From the NCBI GenBank assembly GCA_050179755.1, contig JBFXEV010000001.1:1289994-1353993 (forward strand): a DNA stretch of 64,000 nt. Reading direction: 5' to 3'. Under the pieces are notes generated by a model. It was not told the DNA's origin. It made no database searches and worked only from the letters and a program-made list of their open reading frames with translations. Positions within the stretch are counted from its first letter, which is position 1; every line of letters begins with the position of its first letter. This document shows positions 46,278 through 56,423 of this stretch, piece after piece. This DNA comes from Candidatus Babeliales bacterium. Lineage in GTDB: Bacteria; Babelota; Babeliae; Babelales; JBFXEV01. Position numbers and translations under genes: made by a program.

Positions 46278-46628
46278 ATGAAAAAGCTTTTATCTCTTGT
46301 AGCAGTTTTAGCATTACTTGCATCTTTTGATGCTTTCGGTGGTCGCTGCGGTCGTCGTTCATGTGCTCCAGCATGTGAAACACGTTGTGCAGCTCCATGT
46401 GAGACAGTATGTGCTCCAGCTTGCGAAACTCAAGTTTTAGAAACAGTAAGACAATGTGAACCTAAACCGGTTTGTCGTACTATCGTTTGTTCAGAACCTA
46501 AACAGGTTTGCACAGAGCAAAAGATTGTTCGCTGCCACTGGGTTTGCCCACCTAACTGTCAAGAATTTGCATCTGAAGAAGCAGCATCAGCTGCTAACCG
46601 CGGCTTGGAAGGCACAAAAGGCTACTAA
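46278..46628 (+). CDS. Small exported cysteine-rich protein (14 Cys)
   Basis: AGGAG RBS; signal peptide; CxxxC periodicity CAPACETRCAAPCETVCAPACE. Confidence 0.8.
   Translation: MKKLLSLVAVLALLASFDAFGGRCGRRSCAPACETRCAAPCETVCAPACETQVLETVRQCEPKPVCRTIVCSEPKQVCTEQKIVRCHWVCPPNCQEFASEEAASAANRGLEGTKGY
46362..46433 (+). repeat. 24-bp coding tandem repeat, 3 copies
   Basis: TGTGCTCCAGCATGTGAAACACGT / TGTGCAGCTCCATGTGAGACAGTA / TGTGCTCCAGCTTGCGAAACTCAA. Confidence 0.75.
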
Positions 46629-46653
46629 TCCCGGTTTCGATCTAGACTTATGT

Positions 46654-46688
46654 TGTTCCCCCGAACTTATTGCAAGTTCTGGGGAACA
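46654..46688. terminator. Bidirectional terminator
   Basis: TGTTCCCCCGAACTT...AAGTTCTGGGGAACA between convergent genes. Confidence 0.7.
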
Positions 46689-46696
46689 ATGTTTAT

Positions 46697-46939
46697 TTAC
46701 TTAACTTTCATTAATGCATCAGCCGCCTGATTGACCGTATCAATATTCATGGTCGCCTGTTCAGGAATGGTAATATCAAATGCATCTTCAACCTTCATTA
46801 ATATCTCCATCAAATCAAGAGAATCTGCGCCCATAGCTTTAAATGATGCGTCAGGATTTATATTGTGAGCATCAACTTTAAGCACTTCGGCAACAAGTGC
46901 GCGTATTTTATCGGTGGTTTCTTGACGTGAAAGACCCAT
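46697..46939 (-). CDS. acpP: Acyl carrier protein
   Basis: MGADSLDLMEILMKVEDAFDITIP with the phosphopantetheine Ser. Confidence 0.9.
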   Translation of the reverse strand: MGLSRQETTDKIRALVAEVLKVDAHNINPDASFKAMGADSLDLMEILMKVEDAFDITIPEQATMNIDTVNQAADALMKVK

Positions 46940-47900
46940 ATGTTTCCTTTAATTTCTCAGGTTGTTGCGCCAAAACAATGATCGCAAGTTCATCAATATC
47001 GTCTTGTTTATTAATAGTGTATATTTGTTTGTGTGGCCATACAGCCTTGATTAAATGAGTAAGTGTACTGCCAGGGCCTATTTCAAGCACCACGTCCCAG
47101 AGCGCAACATGCACCATAAGTTTATCCCAACGCACAGGGCTTGTTATTTGATCGAATAGGGCAGAAGCCAATAAATCACCTTTCACGCGAGCAACGCCGT
47201 CAACGCAAGAAATAAGCGGTATCTGTGCATCTTTAATATCAACTTTTTCACCATACATTTCAAGCGTATCAGTAATTGGTTGCATAATTGCCGAATGCAT
47301 GCCACCATCAAGAGCGCGGTCAGTTACTTTTGCGCCAGCTTCTTTTGCAAGCATACCAACAGCATCAACTGCTATTTTATGCCCTGCAATGATTGCTGCA
47401 GTAGGACTTATATATGCGGTTATGTTTGCTTGCTGCTTGCCAGATGATGCTTCTTTGCAGTATTGCTTAAGTGAGCGAACATCACCGTGCTCTACATAGA
47501 TACAGCGTAATGTATGCGTATTCAAGATCGATTGATAGAGCTGCGCATATTTAGTAAGAAAATAAAGGCCATCTGGAAAACTAAGACTCCCTGCATATTG
47601 AAGTGCAGCAAATTCGCCCAGACCAAATCCTGCAACAGCTACTGGCTTGATTCCTTGCTGCCTGACAAGCGATCCAATAGCAGAACTCATAAGGAATAGC
47701 GAAGCATAAGCATGCTCTATACGTGCAAGTTCATGATCAGAAGAGGCAAAACATAATTTTACAAAATTGGTATTAAGACAGTGAGACGCTTCTTCAAAAT
47801 ACTCTTGCATGAGCCGTGAACTATCATATAATTCCTTGCCCATCCCCACGTGTTGACTGCCGAACTCCGGAAATAATAATCCTACTTTCATGATGCTCAT
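46908..47900 (-). CDS. fabD: Malonyl-CoA:ACP transacylase (FabD)-like protein with degenerate active site
   Basis: FPEFGSQHVGMG, AGFGLGEF, GGMHS, PVRW, EIGPG; GHSxG is replaced by GFGLG. Confidence 0.8.
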   Translation of the reverse strand: MSIMKVGLLFPEFGSQHVGMGKELYDSSRLMQEYFEEASHCLNTNFVKLCFASSDHELARIEHAYASLFLMSSAIGSLVRQQGIKPVAVAGFGLGEFAALQYAGSLSFPDGLYFLTKYAQLYQSILNTHTLRCIYVEHGDVRSLKQYCKEASSGKQQANITAYISPTAAIIAGHKIAVDAVGMLAKEAGAKVTDRALDGGMHSAIMQPITDTLEMYGEKVDIKDAQIPLISCVDGVARVKGDLLASALFDQITSPVRWDKLMVHVALWDVVLEIGPGSTLTHLIKAVWPHKQIYTINKQDDIDELAIIVLAQQPEKLKETYGSFTSRNHR

Positions 47901-47926
47901 CTCTCTTTTCTTTTGGCTTTACCAAC

Positions 47927-49333
47927 CTATAACGATGACGCAAACTCTTGTATTCGCTTAATTGAAGTTTCTTTACCTAAAACACTCAATAAGTCAAAAA
48001 CGCCTGGACTTTGTGTTTTACCCAAAAGAGCTAGCCTTATGGGTTGCGCAATTTCAGGCATTTTTACATCTGCCTCTTTTGCAAGCTGTTTACAAATACT
48101 TTGTACATGCTGTGCATCAAAAATTGCACTTGCTTTTATTTCATCTATAAATTGAGAAAGTACTAGTGCCGTTTTTGGCGTAATATACTGCGCGCGATCA
48201 ACATCAGTAAGCGGCAACGGCCCCTGTGCAAGCAATATGATCTCATCAACTAAAGCTCGCAGCGTTGAAGCACGCTCTTTATAAAGACCAATAAGCACTA
48301 CAAGTTGTTGTTTGGTCCAAGGAACACGATCAAAAAGATCTTTTTGAATGTACTGCACTATATAGGCAAGCAGCAATTCATTATCAGCAGCGCGCATATA
48401 AATGCCATTAATAGAATCTAATTTTTCCGGATCAAAAACAGCTGCGCTTTTGCCAATACCTTTAATACTAAATAACTCTATAAGCTCTTGCCTGGTGAAT
48501 ATTTCTTGGTTACCATGAGACCAACCAAGTCGCGCCAAATAATTGCATAACGCCTCAGGTAAATAACCATTGGTTTGATAATCAAGCACCGATGTTGCAG
48601 CATCACGCTTACTCAATCTACCACCAGATGCTCCCATAATAAGCGGCAAATGAGCAAACTGAGGAGGTTGCCATCCAAACGCTTGATACAGCACTATCTG
48701 TTTTGGGGTATTTGAGATGTGATCCTCTCCGCGAATAATATGCGTAATTTCCATATCATGATCATCAACAACTACCACAAAATTATACACGGGCGCTCCA
48801 TCAGATCGCGCGATAATAAAATCATCAAGCTGCTCAAGAGAAATGGTGATCGGCCCACGAATAAGATCTTCAAACGTAATCGCTTCTTGATGCTCAATTG
48901 GCAATTTAATGCGTACCACATACGGCTTACCCGTGACATCAAAAGTAAATTTCTGAGCTCGGCAAGCGCCATCATATTTCATATACGTTTCTTTAGAAGC
49001 ACCAAGACCTATAGAGCAATAGCAACGATACGCTTTACCTCGTTCTACAAGATCATTAATCATTTTTTGATGATGCTTAATACGCTCAGATTGAATAACT
49101 ACTGGCTCGTCGGGCGTTATATCTGTCCAACGCAATGCTTCTAAAATTGCATCTGTATATTCTTTACGTGAACGCTCAAGATCAGTATCTTCAATACGAA
49201 GCAAAAACTGACCATTATTATGACGTGCAAATAAGAAATTAAACAATGCAGTCCGCAAGCCCCCAATGTGTAAATGCCCCGTTGGTGATGGTGCAAAACG
49301 CACACGGATAGAAGATTGTGGTAAAGATGACAT
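47927..49333 (-). CDS. gltX: Glutamate--tRNA ligase
   Basis: RFAPSPTGHLHIGG, RIEDTD, IRGEDH, LSKR. Confidence 0.96.
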   Translation of the reverse strand: MSSLPQSSIRVRFAPSPTGHLHIGGLRTALFNFLFARHNNGQFLLRIEDTDLERSRKEYTDAILEALRWTDITPDEPVVIQSERIKHHQKMINDLVERGKAYRCYCSIGLGASKETYMKYDGACRAQKFTFDVTGKPYVVRIKLPIEHQEAITFEDLIRGPITISLEQLDDFIIARSDGAPVYNFVVVVDDHDMEITHIIRGEDHISNTPKQIVLYQAFGWQPPQFAHLPLIMGASGGRLSKRDAATSVLDYQTNGYLPEALCNYLARLGWSHGNQEIFTRQELIELFSIKGIGKSAAVFDPEKLDSINGIYMRAADNELLLAYIVQYIQKDLFDRVPWTKQQLVVLIGLYKERASTLRALVDEIILLAQGPLPLTDVDRAQYITPKTALVLSQFIDEIKASAIFDAQHVQSICKQLAKEADVKMPEIAQPIRLALLGKTQSPGVFDLLSVLGKETSIKRIQEFASSL

Positions 49334-49359
49334 TTGTTTGCAACCTTTATGATAGTATA

Positions 49360-50037
49360 TTAAGCAAGACGATCAATTTGTTCTTGAGCAAGACCTGCCC
49401 ACACCGACTGCGCTACCGGCTCTTTGCTTTCTTTATAGGTAGTAACTAATTGATCAAATACTTTACGCGCTTGATCGGTTTTACGTTCTTGCGCATATGC
49501 TTTACCTAGACGATATAATGCTTCATCATGCACTAATGATTTTGAATCTTGAGCCAATTTTTCAAGTGATGCAAGGCCTTCTTTGCGAATAGCGTCATCT
49601 TGCGTATTTAACTCTAAGCGAGCAAGTTTAAGAGCATAAAAATCAGTGAGCGGTGCTTTTTTAGGCATGCTTGCCAACGCATTCTTTAATTGCTCTCTAC
49701 CTTGATCAATTTTACCTTGCTCAATAAATGCGCCTGCTTCAATTGCCAAAAAATAAGGAGCAAGATCTGAACTGCTGTGTTGGTGGTATGCCGTGCGCGC
49801 AGCTACCTCTACGTCTTGCCATGCTTCTGGCCTTGTTCCAGCGCGGGTGACCTCTGCAAGCACTTCTGTAAGCGTAGTATGCGCTCTTGCATCTTGTTCA
49901 ACACGGTAAACGCGCACATAATAATATGCGCCAATAAGTATTGCACCAACAAGAGCTGCTGCTACCAATGATTTCATATTACGCTCAAGAATATCTTGAA
50001 TGTGGTCTAGTGAAAAATTTTGATCAATGCCTGTCAT
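49360..50037 (-). CDS. Membrane-anchored TPR protein (YfgM-like)
   Basis: Single N-terminal TM helix followed by TPR-like helices (EALYRLGKAY..ARKVFDQL). Confidence 0.65.
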   Translation of the reverse strand: MTGIDQNFSLDHIQDILERNMKSLVAAALVGAILIGAYYYVRVYRVEQDARAHTTLTEVLAEVTRAGTRPEAWQDVEVAARTAYHQHSSSDLAPYFLAIEAGAFIEQGKIDQGREQLKNALASMPKKAPLTDFYALKLARLELNTQDDAIRKEGLASLEKLAQDSKSLVHDEALYRLGKAYAQERKTDQARKVFDQLVTTYKESKEPVAQSVWAGLAQEQIDRLA

Positions 50038-50204
50038 GAGAAACTCCGTAGTCCTTTATTTACATTTGATTAACAGATACTGAAGGAAAGGTACCATAGC
50101 TTAACAATTTGCGCAAGAAAAAAAATACTAAAAAAGTATGCCACCACAGTATAAAGCCGTAGTGGCATTTTTCATTTTTCAAACGCAACTGCACGCTCAA
50201 AGAT

Positions 50205-50468
50205 TTACTCTGATGCGTCAGCTTCTGGCGATTGTGCAGCTTGTCTTTGTGCAAGTGCAGATTGTGCTACTTGTCGAACCGCACCACGATCGGTTTTAGT
50301 TCTAATAACTTTTGCACCTTTATAAAAGCCACAGTTTTTACATGCAGTATGCGGCGCTACAGCTTGGCTGCATTCGCCACACGTTGCAAATGAAGTAACT
50401 TCAAGGCCCCAATTTGCATGTCTTGAGTCTCTACGCGCCCGGGAGCGCTTCCGTTTAGGTACTGGCAT
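50205..50468 (-). CDS. rpmF: 50S ribosomal protein L32
   Basis: MPVPKRKRSRARRDSR, CxxC..PHTACKNCGFYKG. Confidence 0.95.
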   Translation of the reverse strand: MPVPKRKRSRARRDSRHANWGLEVTSFATCGECSQAVAPHTACKNCGFYKGAKVIRTKTDRGAVRQVAQSALAQRQAAQSPEADASE

Positions 50469-50586
50469 AGTAAATAATCTCCGAAATTCAGTAAAAATAC
50501 GTATTTTCTTAAGTTTTTATACCCGTTTAGTATAGCATGGAGAGGGCATATGAGCAACGATTTTTTACATAAAAAGCTAGGTCCTG

Positions 50587-50666
50587 CCGTCCCTCGATAC
50601 AATTCTACTTGGCTATCCTTCGACAAGCTCAGGACGAACGGAGGGAGAACCACTCAGGATGAGCGG
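50587..50666 (-). repeat. Nested REP composite (near copy of 33847-33930, opposite strand)
   Basis: Reverse complement reads CCGCTCATCCTGAGTGGTTCTCCCTCCGTTCGTCCTGAGCTTGTCGAAGGATAGCCAAGTAGAATTGTATCGAGGG. Confidence 0.75.
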
Positions 50667-50682
50667 TGAAATGAAGCTTAAT

Positions 50683-51804
50683 CTATATATGCCATAATCC
50701 AGCGTAGTTTTGCTGCACCCGCCCGGCCATTTGCAACTCAAAGAGCCTTGTTTGAACCTCAAATATATCAATTGAGAGTTTATGAGAAAGCTCGTCAACT
50801 GAAACTGGCTTGGCACATAATGCCACCAAACTATCTGTTTGCGGGTCAGCTTTTTTTACCGGCATGGCCAGGAGGCCTTCCTCTTGAGCCATTTGAGCGT
50901 CAATAGTCATTTGAGTAGGCGCATAGCTAAATATTGGCAACACGTTCAAAATATCCTCATGCGATTCCACAAGCGTTGCACCCTGGCGCAACAAGTTATT
51001 GCACCCTGCAGACAGTAAATCATCAATAGGCCCAGGAATTGCAAAAACCTCTCTGCCCTGCTCCAAGGCATAATTTGCCGTGATAAGCGCACCGCTCTTT
51101 TTGGCAGCTTGCACCACCAACGTGCCTTGCGCAAGGCCCGAAATTATACGATTTCGTGCCGGAAAATGCCCTGCATTAGCGTTCATGAGCAAGGGATATA
51201 CGCTCACAATAGCCCCGCCCGTGCGTACAATATGGGGAAACAATTCAATATTATCTTGGCGCGTTATGCGCAATAACCCGCAACCCATAACGGCAATGGT
51301 AGGAGTAGTACACGCAACAGCAGCATTATGCGCCATTGTGTCCACGCCACGCGCACCGCCACTCACAATTACCATGCCCCGCTCACAAAGCGGAGGAATC
51401 ACGCGGTCAATCACGCGTTGTGCATACTTATGCCCATCCCGTGAACCCACTACAGCAAGCGATGAAGGCATAGTTGGTAAGGTGCCACGCACATAGAGCC
51501 CAATAGGCGGCAAATGAATTTCTTTAAGATGTTCAGGAAAATGGGGATGCACAAATGACACCCAAGATATGTTATTATCTTTTAAAAGTTGTAATTCACG
51601 CTCAAGCACAGCATGAACTGATAACCCTTCTACAAGGCGCTGTGCTGTTTGTTCACTAAAAGCACAGCGCTCTTTAAAATCATGCGCAGTATATGTATAT
51701 ATTTCTTGAAGTTTATCTGGCCCCAAGCACGCAATCAAGCGCTTTGCTATAGCAGGGCCTAGACCATCAATGAGATTAAGATGAAGTAAAATTGACTCGG
51801 GCAT
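50683..51804 (-). CDS. dprA: DNA-processing protein DprA
   Basis: AVVGSR, VSGGARGVD, FPARNRIISGL, SGALITA, GREVFAIPG. Confidence 0.93.
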   Translation of the reverse strand: MPESILLHLNLIDGLGPAIAKRLIACLGPDKLQEIYTYTAHDFKERCAFSEQTAQRLVEGLSVHAVLERELQLLKDNNISWVSFVHPHFPEHLKEIHLPPIGLYVRGTLPTMPSSLAVVGSRDGHKYAQRVIDRVIPPLCERGMVIVSGGARGVDTMAHNAAVACTTPTIAVMGCGLLRITRQDNIELFPHIVRTGGAIVSVYPLLMNANAGHFPARNRIISGLAQGTLVVQAAKKSGALITANYALEQGREVFAIPGPIDDLLSAGCNNLLRQGATLVESHEDILNVLPIFSYAPTQMTIDAQMAQEEGLLAMPVKKADPQTDSLVALCAKPVSVDELSHKLSIDIFEVQTRLFELQMAGRVQQNYAGLWHI

Positions 51805-51812
51805 ATGGCGCC

Positions 51813-54509
51813 TTAGAACACCATAGTATCATCATCTTCTAGTACATCGTCTTCAACTTCTTCTTCCTCAGCCTCTTCATCTTCATCGTCATAATCATCA
51901 TCATAACCTGGTTCATCAAAGACAACTTTAATATCATCTTCACGCACCGGATCAAGTTCCAGTGGCTGCACCGAGTCATCAACAGCATCTGCTTTTACTG
52001 CACCGGTAACATGCTTGGTGCCAGAACCGTCATGTTGATCATTATTTTCATTATCATGATTAGGCGCTTCTTCTTCAAATGCCACAATTGCTGCAAGCTT
52101 TTGATCTTTATCAAGTTTAATTAAGCGAACACCTTTTGCTTGACGGCCCATCGTGCGAATTTCTGCTGGTGATAAACGAATCATCTTACCAGCTTCATCA
52201 ATGAGCAATATATTTGATTCTTCTGAAACTGCAGCAAGCCCAATCACCAGGCCGTTACGCGTATCCGTTGGAATAGTACGCACGCCATAACCACCACGAT
52301 GCGCTACGCGGAAATCTTCTGGTTTTACACGCTTACCATAACCACCAGACGTTGCAAATAAAATATCACGCGTATCATCTGCAGGAATAATTTGCATACC
52401 AATAACATAGTCATCTTTACGCAAACGAATACCTCGCACGCCGGCAGCTTGCCTGCCCATAACACGCACTTCATCTTCTTTAAAGCGAATACCTGCTCCT
52501 TTAGCGGTAGCAATCACAATAGTATCCGTACCAGAGCTTAATGCACAGAATACTAATTCATCACCTTCTTTAAGCGAACAAGCGCGAATTCCGGTAGTTC
52601 TAATTTTTTCAAATTGATCTGCTTCAGTACGCTTAATCACGCCATTTTTAGAAAGCATTACCAAGCTCTTGCCAGCAAGATCACGCGCACGCAATAACTT
52701 AACTACTTGCTCACCTTCTTGAAGCGGCAATAAGTTAACAATTGCACGGCCTTTTGCCATACGGGATGCTTCTGGCACTTCAAATACGCGCAAGTTATAT
52801 ACACGGCCCAAGTTAGTGAAGAACAAAAGATCATCATGAGTCAATGCAACAAACACATCAAGCACCATGTCATCGCCTTCATCAAGCGCTGTCATTGCCA
52901 TCTTGCCTTTGCCACCACGATGTTGCACGCCATAAGTGCTTAACTGCACGCGTTTGATATATCCTTTACGTGTGAGTGTTACCACCACGTCTTCTTCTGG
53001 AATCAAGTCAGCTTCAGTAAGAATATCAATTGGACCTTCAATACGCGTTCTGCGCTCATCGCCATAAAGCTCACGCACTTCGTTTAATTCTTTTTTAACT
53101 TCACCAATTAATACTGCTTTATCTTGAATGATAGAATTTAAGAACGCAATTTGTACTTTAATTTCACCAAGTTCACTACGTATCTTTTCTTGCTCAAGGC
53201 CAGTAAGGCGTTGCAATCTCATTTCAAGAATTGCTTTGGCTTGCTCTGTACTAAGTTTAAACCGCATATTCATTGCTTCAATAGCAATTTCAGGCGATTC
53301 AGATTTTTTAATAAGAGCCACTAACTCATCAATATTATCAAGCGCTATCACAAAACCGTGCAATATATGCTCACGTTGCTTTGCTTTTTCAAGATCATAA
53401 ATAGTGCGCTTATATACTACTTCCTGACGATGATACACAAACTCACGAATAAGCTCTCTGAGTGAAAATATAATAGGCTTATTGTCAAGCAGGCCAAGCA
53501 TCAAAATAGTAACGTTTTGTTGCAAAGTAGTAAATTTATACAGCTGATTTAAGGTAACTTGAGGAATCTCACCACGCTTTAGTTCAATCACTAAGCGCAT
53601 ACCTTTTTTATCAGATTCGTCTCGAAGGTTAGAAATACCTTCTATAACTTTATTTTTAACAAGATCAGCAATTTTTATTATAAGTTCGGCTTTATTTACT
53701 TGAAACGGAAGCTCCGTAATAACAATTGCAGAACCTTTTTTAGTTTCTTCAGTTTGGGCAACACCACGCAAGGTTAATGAACCTCGCCCTGTTTTATAGG
53801 CCTTTACAATGCCCGCACGCCCACAAATAATGCCACCCGTAGGAAAGTCTGGGGCTTGCACAATTCTTAATATTTCATCATCAGACACATCTTCATTTTC
53901 AAGGAACGCCAAACAGGCATCAATAATTTCCCGTAAATTATGAGGAGGAATAGAGGTTGCCATACCCACTGCAATACCAGTAGTACCGTTGACCAACAAG
54001 TTTGGCAAACGGCTTGGCAAAATAACCGGCTCAACCGTTGACTCATCAAAGTTAGGTACAAACGGCACAGTCGCTTTATCTAAATCGGCCAAAATTTCTT
54101 GGGAAATTTTTTGCATGCGGATTTCCGTATAACGCATGGCAGCTGGACTGTCTCCATCTACCGAACCCCAGTTACCTTGCCCATCAAGCAATGGATAGCG
54201 TTTTGAGAAATCTTGGACCATACCTACCATAGAGTTATAAACAGCACTATCACCATGGGGATGATACTTACCAAGCACGTCACCCACAATACGCACCGAT
54301 TTATGATAAGGTCTATTATAATGAAACCCAGATTGGTTCATGGAATAGAGAATCCGGCGGTGTACTGGCTTTAAACCATCTCGCACGTCCGGGAGCGCAC
54401 GACTCACAATAACCGACATAGCATAGTCTAAAAACGAATTCTTTAATTCATCTTCAATAAGTATTGGTTCTACCCGCTTATTGTTTATTTGATCTTTGGT
54501 CGCCGACAT
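51813..54509 (-). CDS. gyrA: DNA gyrase subunit A
   Basis: [29 protein letters not shown], GyrA-box QHRGGKG, acidic tail. Confidence 0.97.
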   Translation of the reverse strand: MSATKDQINNKRVEPILIEDELKNSFLDYAMSVIVSRALPDVRDGLKPVHRRILYSMNQSGFHYNRPYHKSVRIVGDVLGKYHPHGDSAVYNSMVGMVQDFSKRYPLLDGQGNWGSVDGDSPAAMRYTEIRMQKISQEILADLDKATVPFVPNFDESTVEPVILPSRLPNLLVNGTTGIAVGMATSIPPHNLREIIDACLAFLENEDVSDDEILRIVQAPDFPTGGIICGRAGIVKAYKTGRGSLTLRGVAQTEETKKGSAIVITELPFQVNKAELIIKIADLVKNKVIEGISNLRDESDKKGMRLVIELKRGEIPQVTLNQLYKFTTLQQNVTILMLGLLDNKPIIFSLRELIREFVYHRQEVVYKRTIYDLEKAKQREHILHGFVIALDNIDELVALIKKSESPEIAIEAMNMRFKLSTEQAKAILEMRLQRLTGLEQEKIRSELGEIKVQIAFLNSIIQDKAVLIGEVKKELNEVRELYGDERRTRIEGPIDILTEADLIPEEDVVVTLTRKGYIKRVQLSTYGVQHRGGKGKMAMTALDEGDDMVLDVFVALTHDDLLFFTNLGRVYNLRVFEVPEASRMAKGRAIVNLLPLQEGEQVVKLLRARDLAGKSLVMLSKNGVIKRTEADQFEKIRTTGIRACSLKEGDELVFCALSSGTDTIVIATAKGAGIRFKEDEVRVMGRQAAGVRGIRLRKDDYVIGMQIIPADDTRDILFATSGGYGKRVKPEDFRVAHRGGYGVRTIPTDTRNGLVIGLAAVSEESNILLIDEAGKMIRLSPAEIRTMGRQAKGVRLIKLDKDQKLAAIVAFEEEAPNHDNENNDQHDGSGTKHVTGAVKADAVDDSVQPLELDPVREDDIKVVFDEPGYDDDYDDEDEEAEEEEVEDDVLEDDDTMVF

Positions 54510-54714
54510 GGTTTTTATTCCTTTAAAATTGCAATTTTAAGATGCTCTTAGTATACCTAAATTTACTTATTTTCACAAGCTGCATAGTCAAACATATCAT
54601 CCACCTACCTTGCAAAATATAAGCACTGCCGACACTCAGATGAGGCACAACACTAAGGGGTTGCAAAGATAACGGTAGGCTGGCATAGTGATAATGATCA
54701 AACAAGGAATTACC

Positions 54715-55017
54715 ATGATAAAAAACTATCTATTCATTATGCTAGGCGCAACTACCTTTACCGCACAAGCCATGAATCGCACTGAGATACAAGCACTTGA
54801 GGAACATATTGTTTATTTAAAAAGAGAACATCATTATCGTCAATCTACAGCCAATAGATTATCTACAGAAATTCTTGCGTGTTATAACGAGCGAGTTCAA
54901 GTAGATATAAACGACTTAAAAGAGCAACGTACCGATCATCAAGCTATAGCCAACCGATTATCACAAGAAATTCTTGCTGCCGCTGCACAGCTTGAAAAGA
55001 GAAAGCAAAAAAAATAA
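54715..55017 (+). CDS. Small secreted coiled-coil protein with internal repeat
   Basis: AAGGA RBS; signal ending TAQA|MNR; ANRLSxEILA occurs twice. Confidence 0.65.
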   Translation: MIKNYLFIMLGATTFTAQAMNRTEIQALEEHIVYLKREHHYRQSTANRLSTEILACYNERVQVDINDLKEQRTDHQAIANRLSQEILAAAAQLEKRKQKK

Positions 55018-55406
55018 TGAAAGCACCTATCTATATAGTAATCTATGCTGCTACGAGCTTCTTATGCAACATCAATGCTATGGAAAAGGAATTTGCACTA
55101 GCAGATATCTTTTCTCTTGTAAAACAAAAGCAAACACACCAACCTTTTATCGAAACTTTTTTTGGTCATCAATTACCCAGAGAGAAACCTCTAAGAGAGA
55201 AACGATTCATCGAATTACAAAATCAAATACATACTGAAGCTGGCGTACTGGAAGTACCAGAACTTGCAAAAATGAGCGTATTACATCATCTCTGGCTTGC
55301 TAACGCCAAAGCAGAACTCGAATATCTTAATGCTGCAAAAAATGAATGTACTGCAAAAATTCAGTCATTCACTACCTTCTTGCAAGGCGCAAAGGAAAAC
55401 ACGTAA
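55017..55406 (+). CDS. Small secreted hypothetical protein
   Basis: TAATG coupling with the upstream gene; signal ending NINA|MEK. Confidence 0.65.
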   Translation: MKAPIYIVIYAATSFLCNINAMEKEFALADIFSLVKQKQTHQPFIETFFGHQLPREKPLREKRFIELQNQIHTEAGVLEVPELAKMSVLHHLWLANAKAELEYLNAAKNECTAKIQSFTTFLQGAKENT

Positions 55407-55552
55407 GTTACTTAGTAAGATATGCCCATGACTAATTCTGTATGTTCCTGCTTTTTAAGAATTGGGCCAATAACATGACGAACAAAACAAAGTAACAACA
55501 ACAAATAAATCATATACATATACTGCCTCTTACATTTAAGTTTCTATTAAAT

Positions 55553-56410
55553 TTATTTTTTTTTAGAACTTTTATACATAATAGCCCATGTAACAAGCGC
55601 TCTGTGCTCAGGCCTTTCAAGAGAATAACCAAACTGATGAAACGCCAGAGTTAATTCTTTTACATACACAAGCAGGGCCCACTGCAAAATTCTCCCACAA
55701 GATTCACATGGACCTTTTTCCGTATGTTCATTTTCGCAACAAATATCCATAAGAGACTCTCTTACAAATGTTTTCACGTTTGCTTTGCAGCCACCGCACA
55801 TTATATTGTTTGAGAAACATGCATTATTACGAGAACATGCATGACAAGAATCCGGAGTTATCGGTAATGCTACAAATTTTTTGTGTTTCATTGAAATATT
55901 TACGGGGAGCGCTTTAACTTTAAATAAACAAGCCGTTAACGCCCAATCTTCATCTGACATATCATGCGGCGTCAATTTATCAATACGCACCTTACATTCG
56001 CCAAGACATTGCCATACAGATAAAGGGTTGGTCAGGCAATTATTATGTCGAAAAAATAACGCCATGTTTAATAGTTTATTTATTAACCTTGGTTTTCCTA
56101 AAATGGTTTGCTGCTGTATAGAAGTAAATGTTTGCGCAAGCACATCTCCAAAAAACTTGTGTTGCTGTTCAATTGATCCTTTATTCAACACACTAGTTGC
56201 TCGTTTTAGTAACCCATCCCAAGATCGATTCTGATCGGCTTGCGAATGAAGACCTTCATTTTGCACCATGGCATCAACCGAACGTGCTAAAACCCCAACG
56301 TTACGTGAAGTTGTTGCAACTCCATTACAAGATGCGCTCATGCCAACTCTATCCATGGCAACAAGATTGCTTAGAGTAATTATCAAAACAAAAACCATTT
56401 TTTTAAACAT
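55553..56410 (-). CDS. Secreted Cys-rich hypothetical protein; paralog of the upstream gene
   Basis: MFKKMVFVLIITLSNLVA|MDR; several CxxC; ALVTWAIMY. Confidence 0.65.
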   Translation of the reverse strand: MFKKMVFVLIITLSNLVAMDRVGMSASCNGVATTSRNVGVLARSVDAMVQNEGLHSQADQNRSWDGLLKRATSVLNKGSIEQQHKFFGDVLAQTFTSIQQQTILGKPRLINKLLNMALFFRHNNCLTNPLSVWQCLGECKVRIDKLTPHDMSDEDWALTACLFKVKALPVNISMKHKKFVALPITPDSCHACSRNNACFSNNIMCGGCKANVKTFVRESLMDICCENEHTEKGPCESCGRILQWALLVYVKELTLAFHQFGYSLERPEHRALVTWAIMYKSSKKK

Positions 56411-56423
56411 AGATAATCTTTTT

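Noticed and set aside
17874..50666. CRISPR array interpretation of the recurring 17-mer
   Set aside because: Copies are dispersed, in both orientations, without regular spacers or cas genes
54200..54270. Quinolone-resistance substitution in GyrA
   Set aside because: HPHGDS keeps the Ser83 equivalent; Asn at the 87-equivalent position cannot be interpreted without relatives
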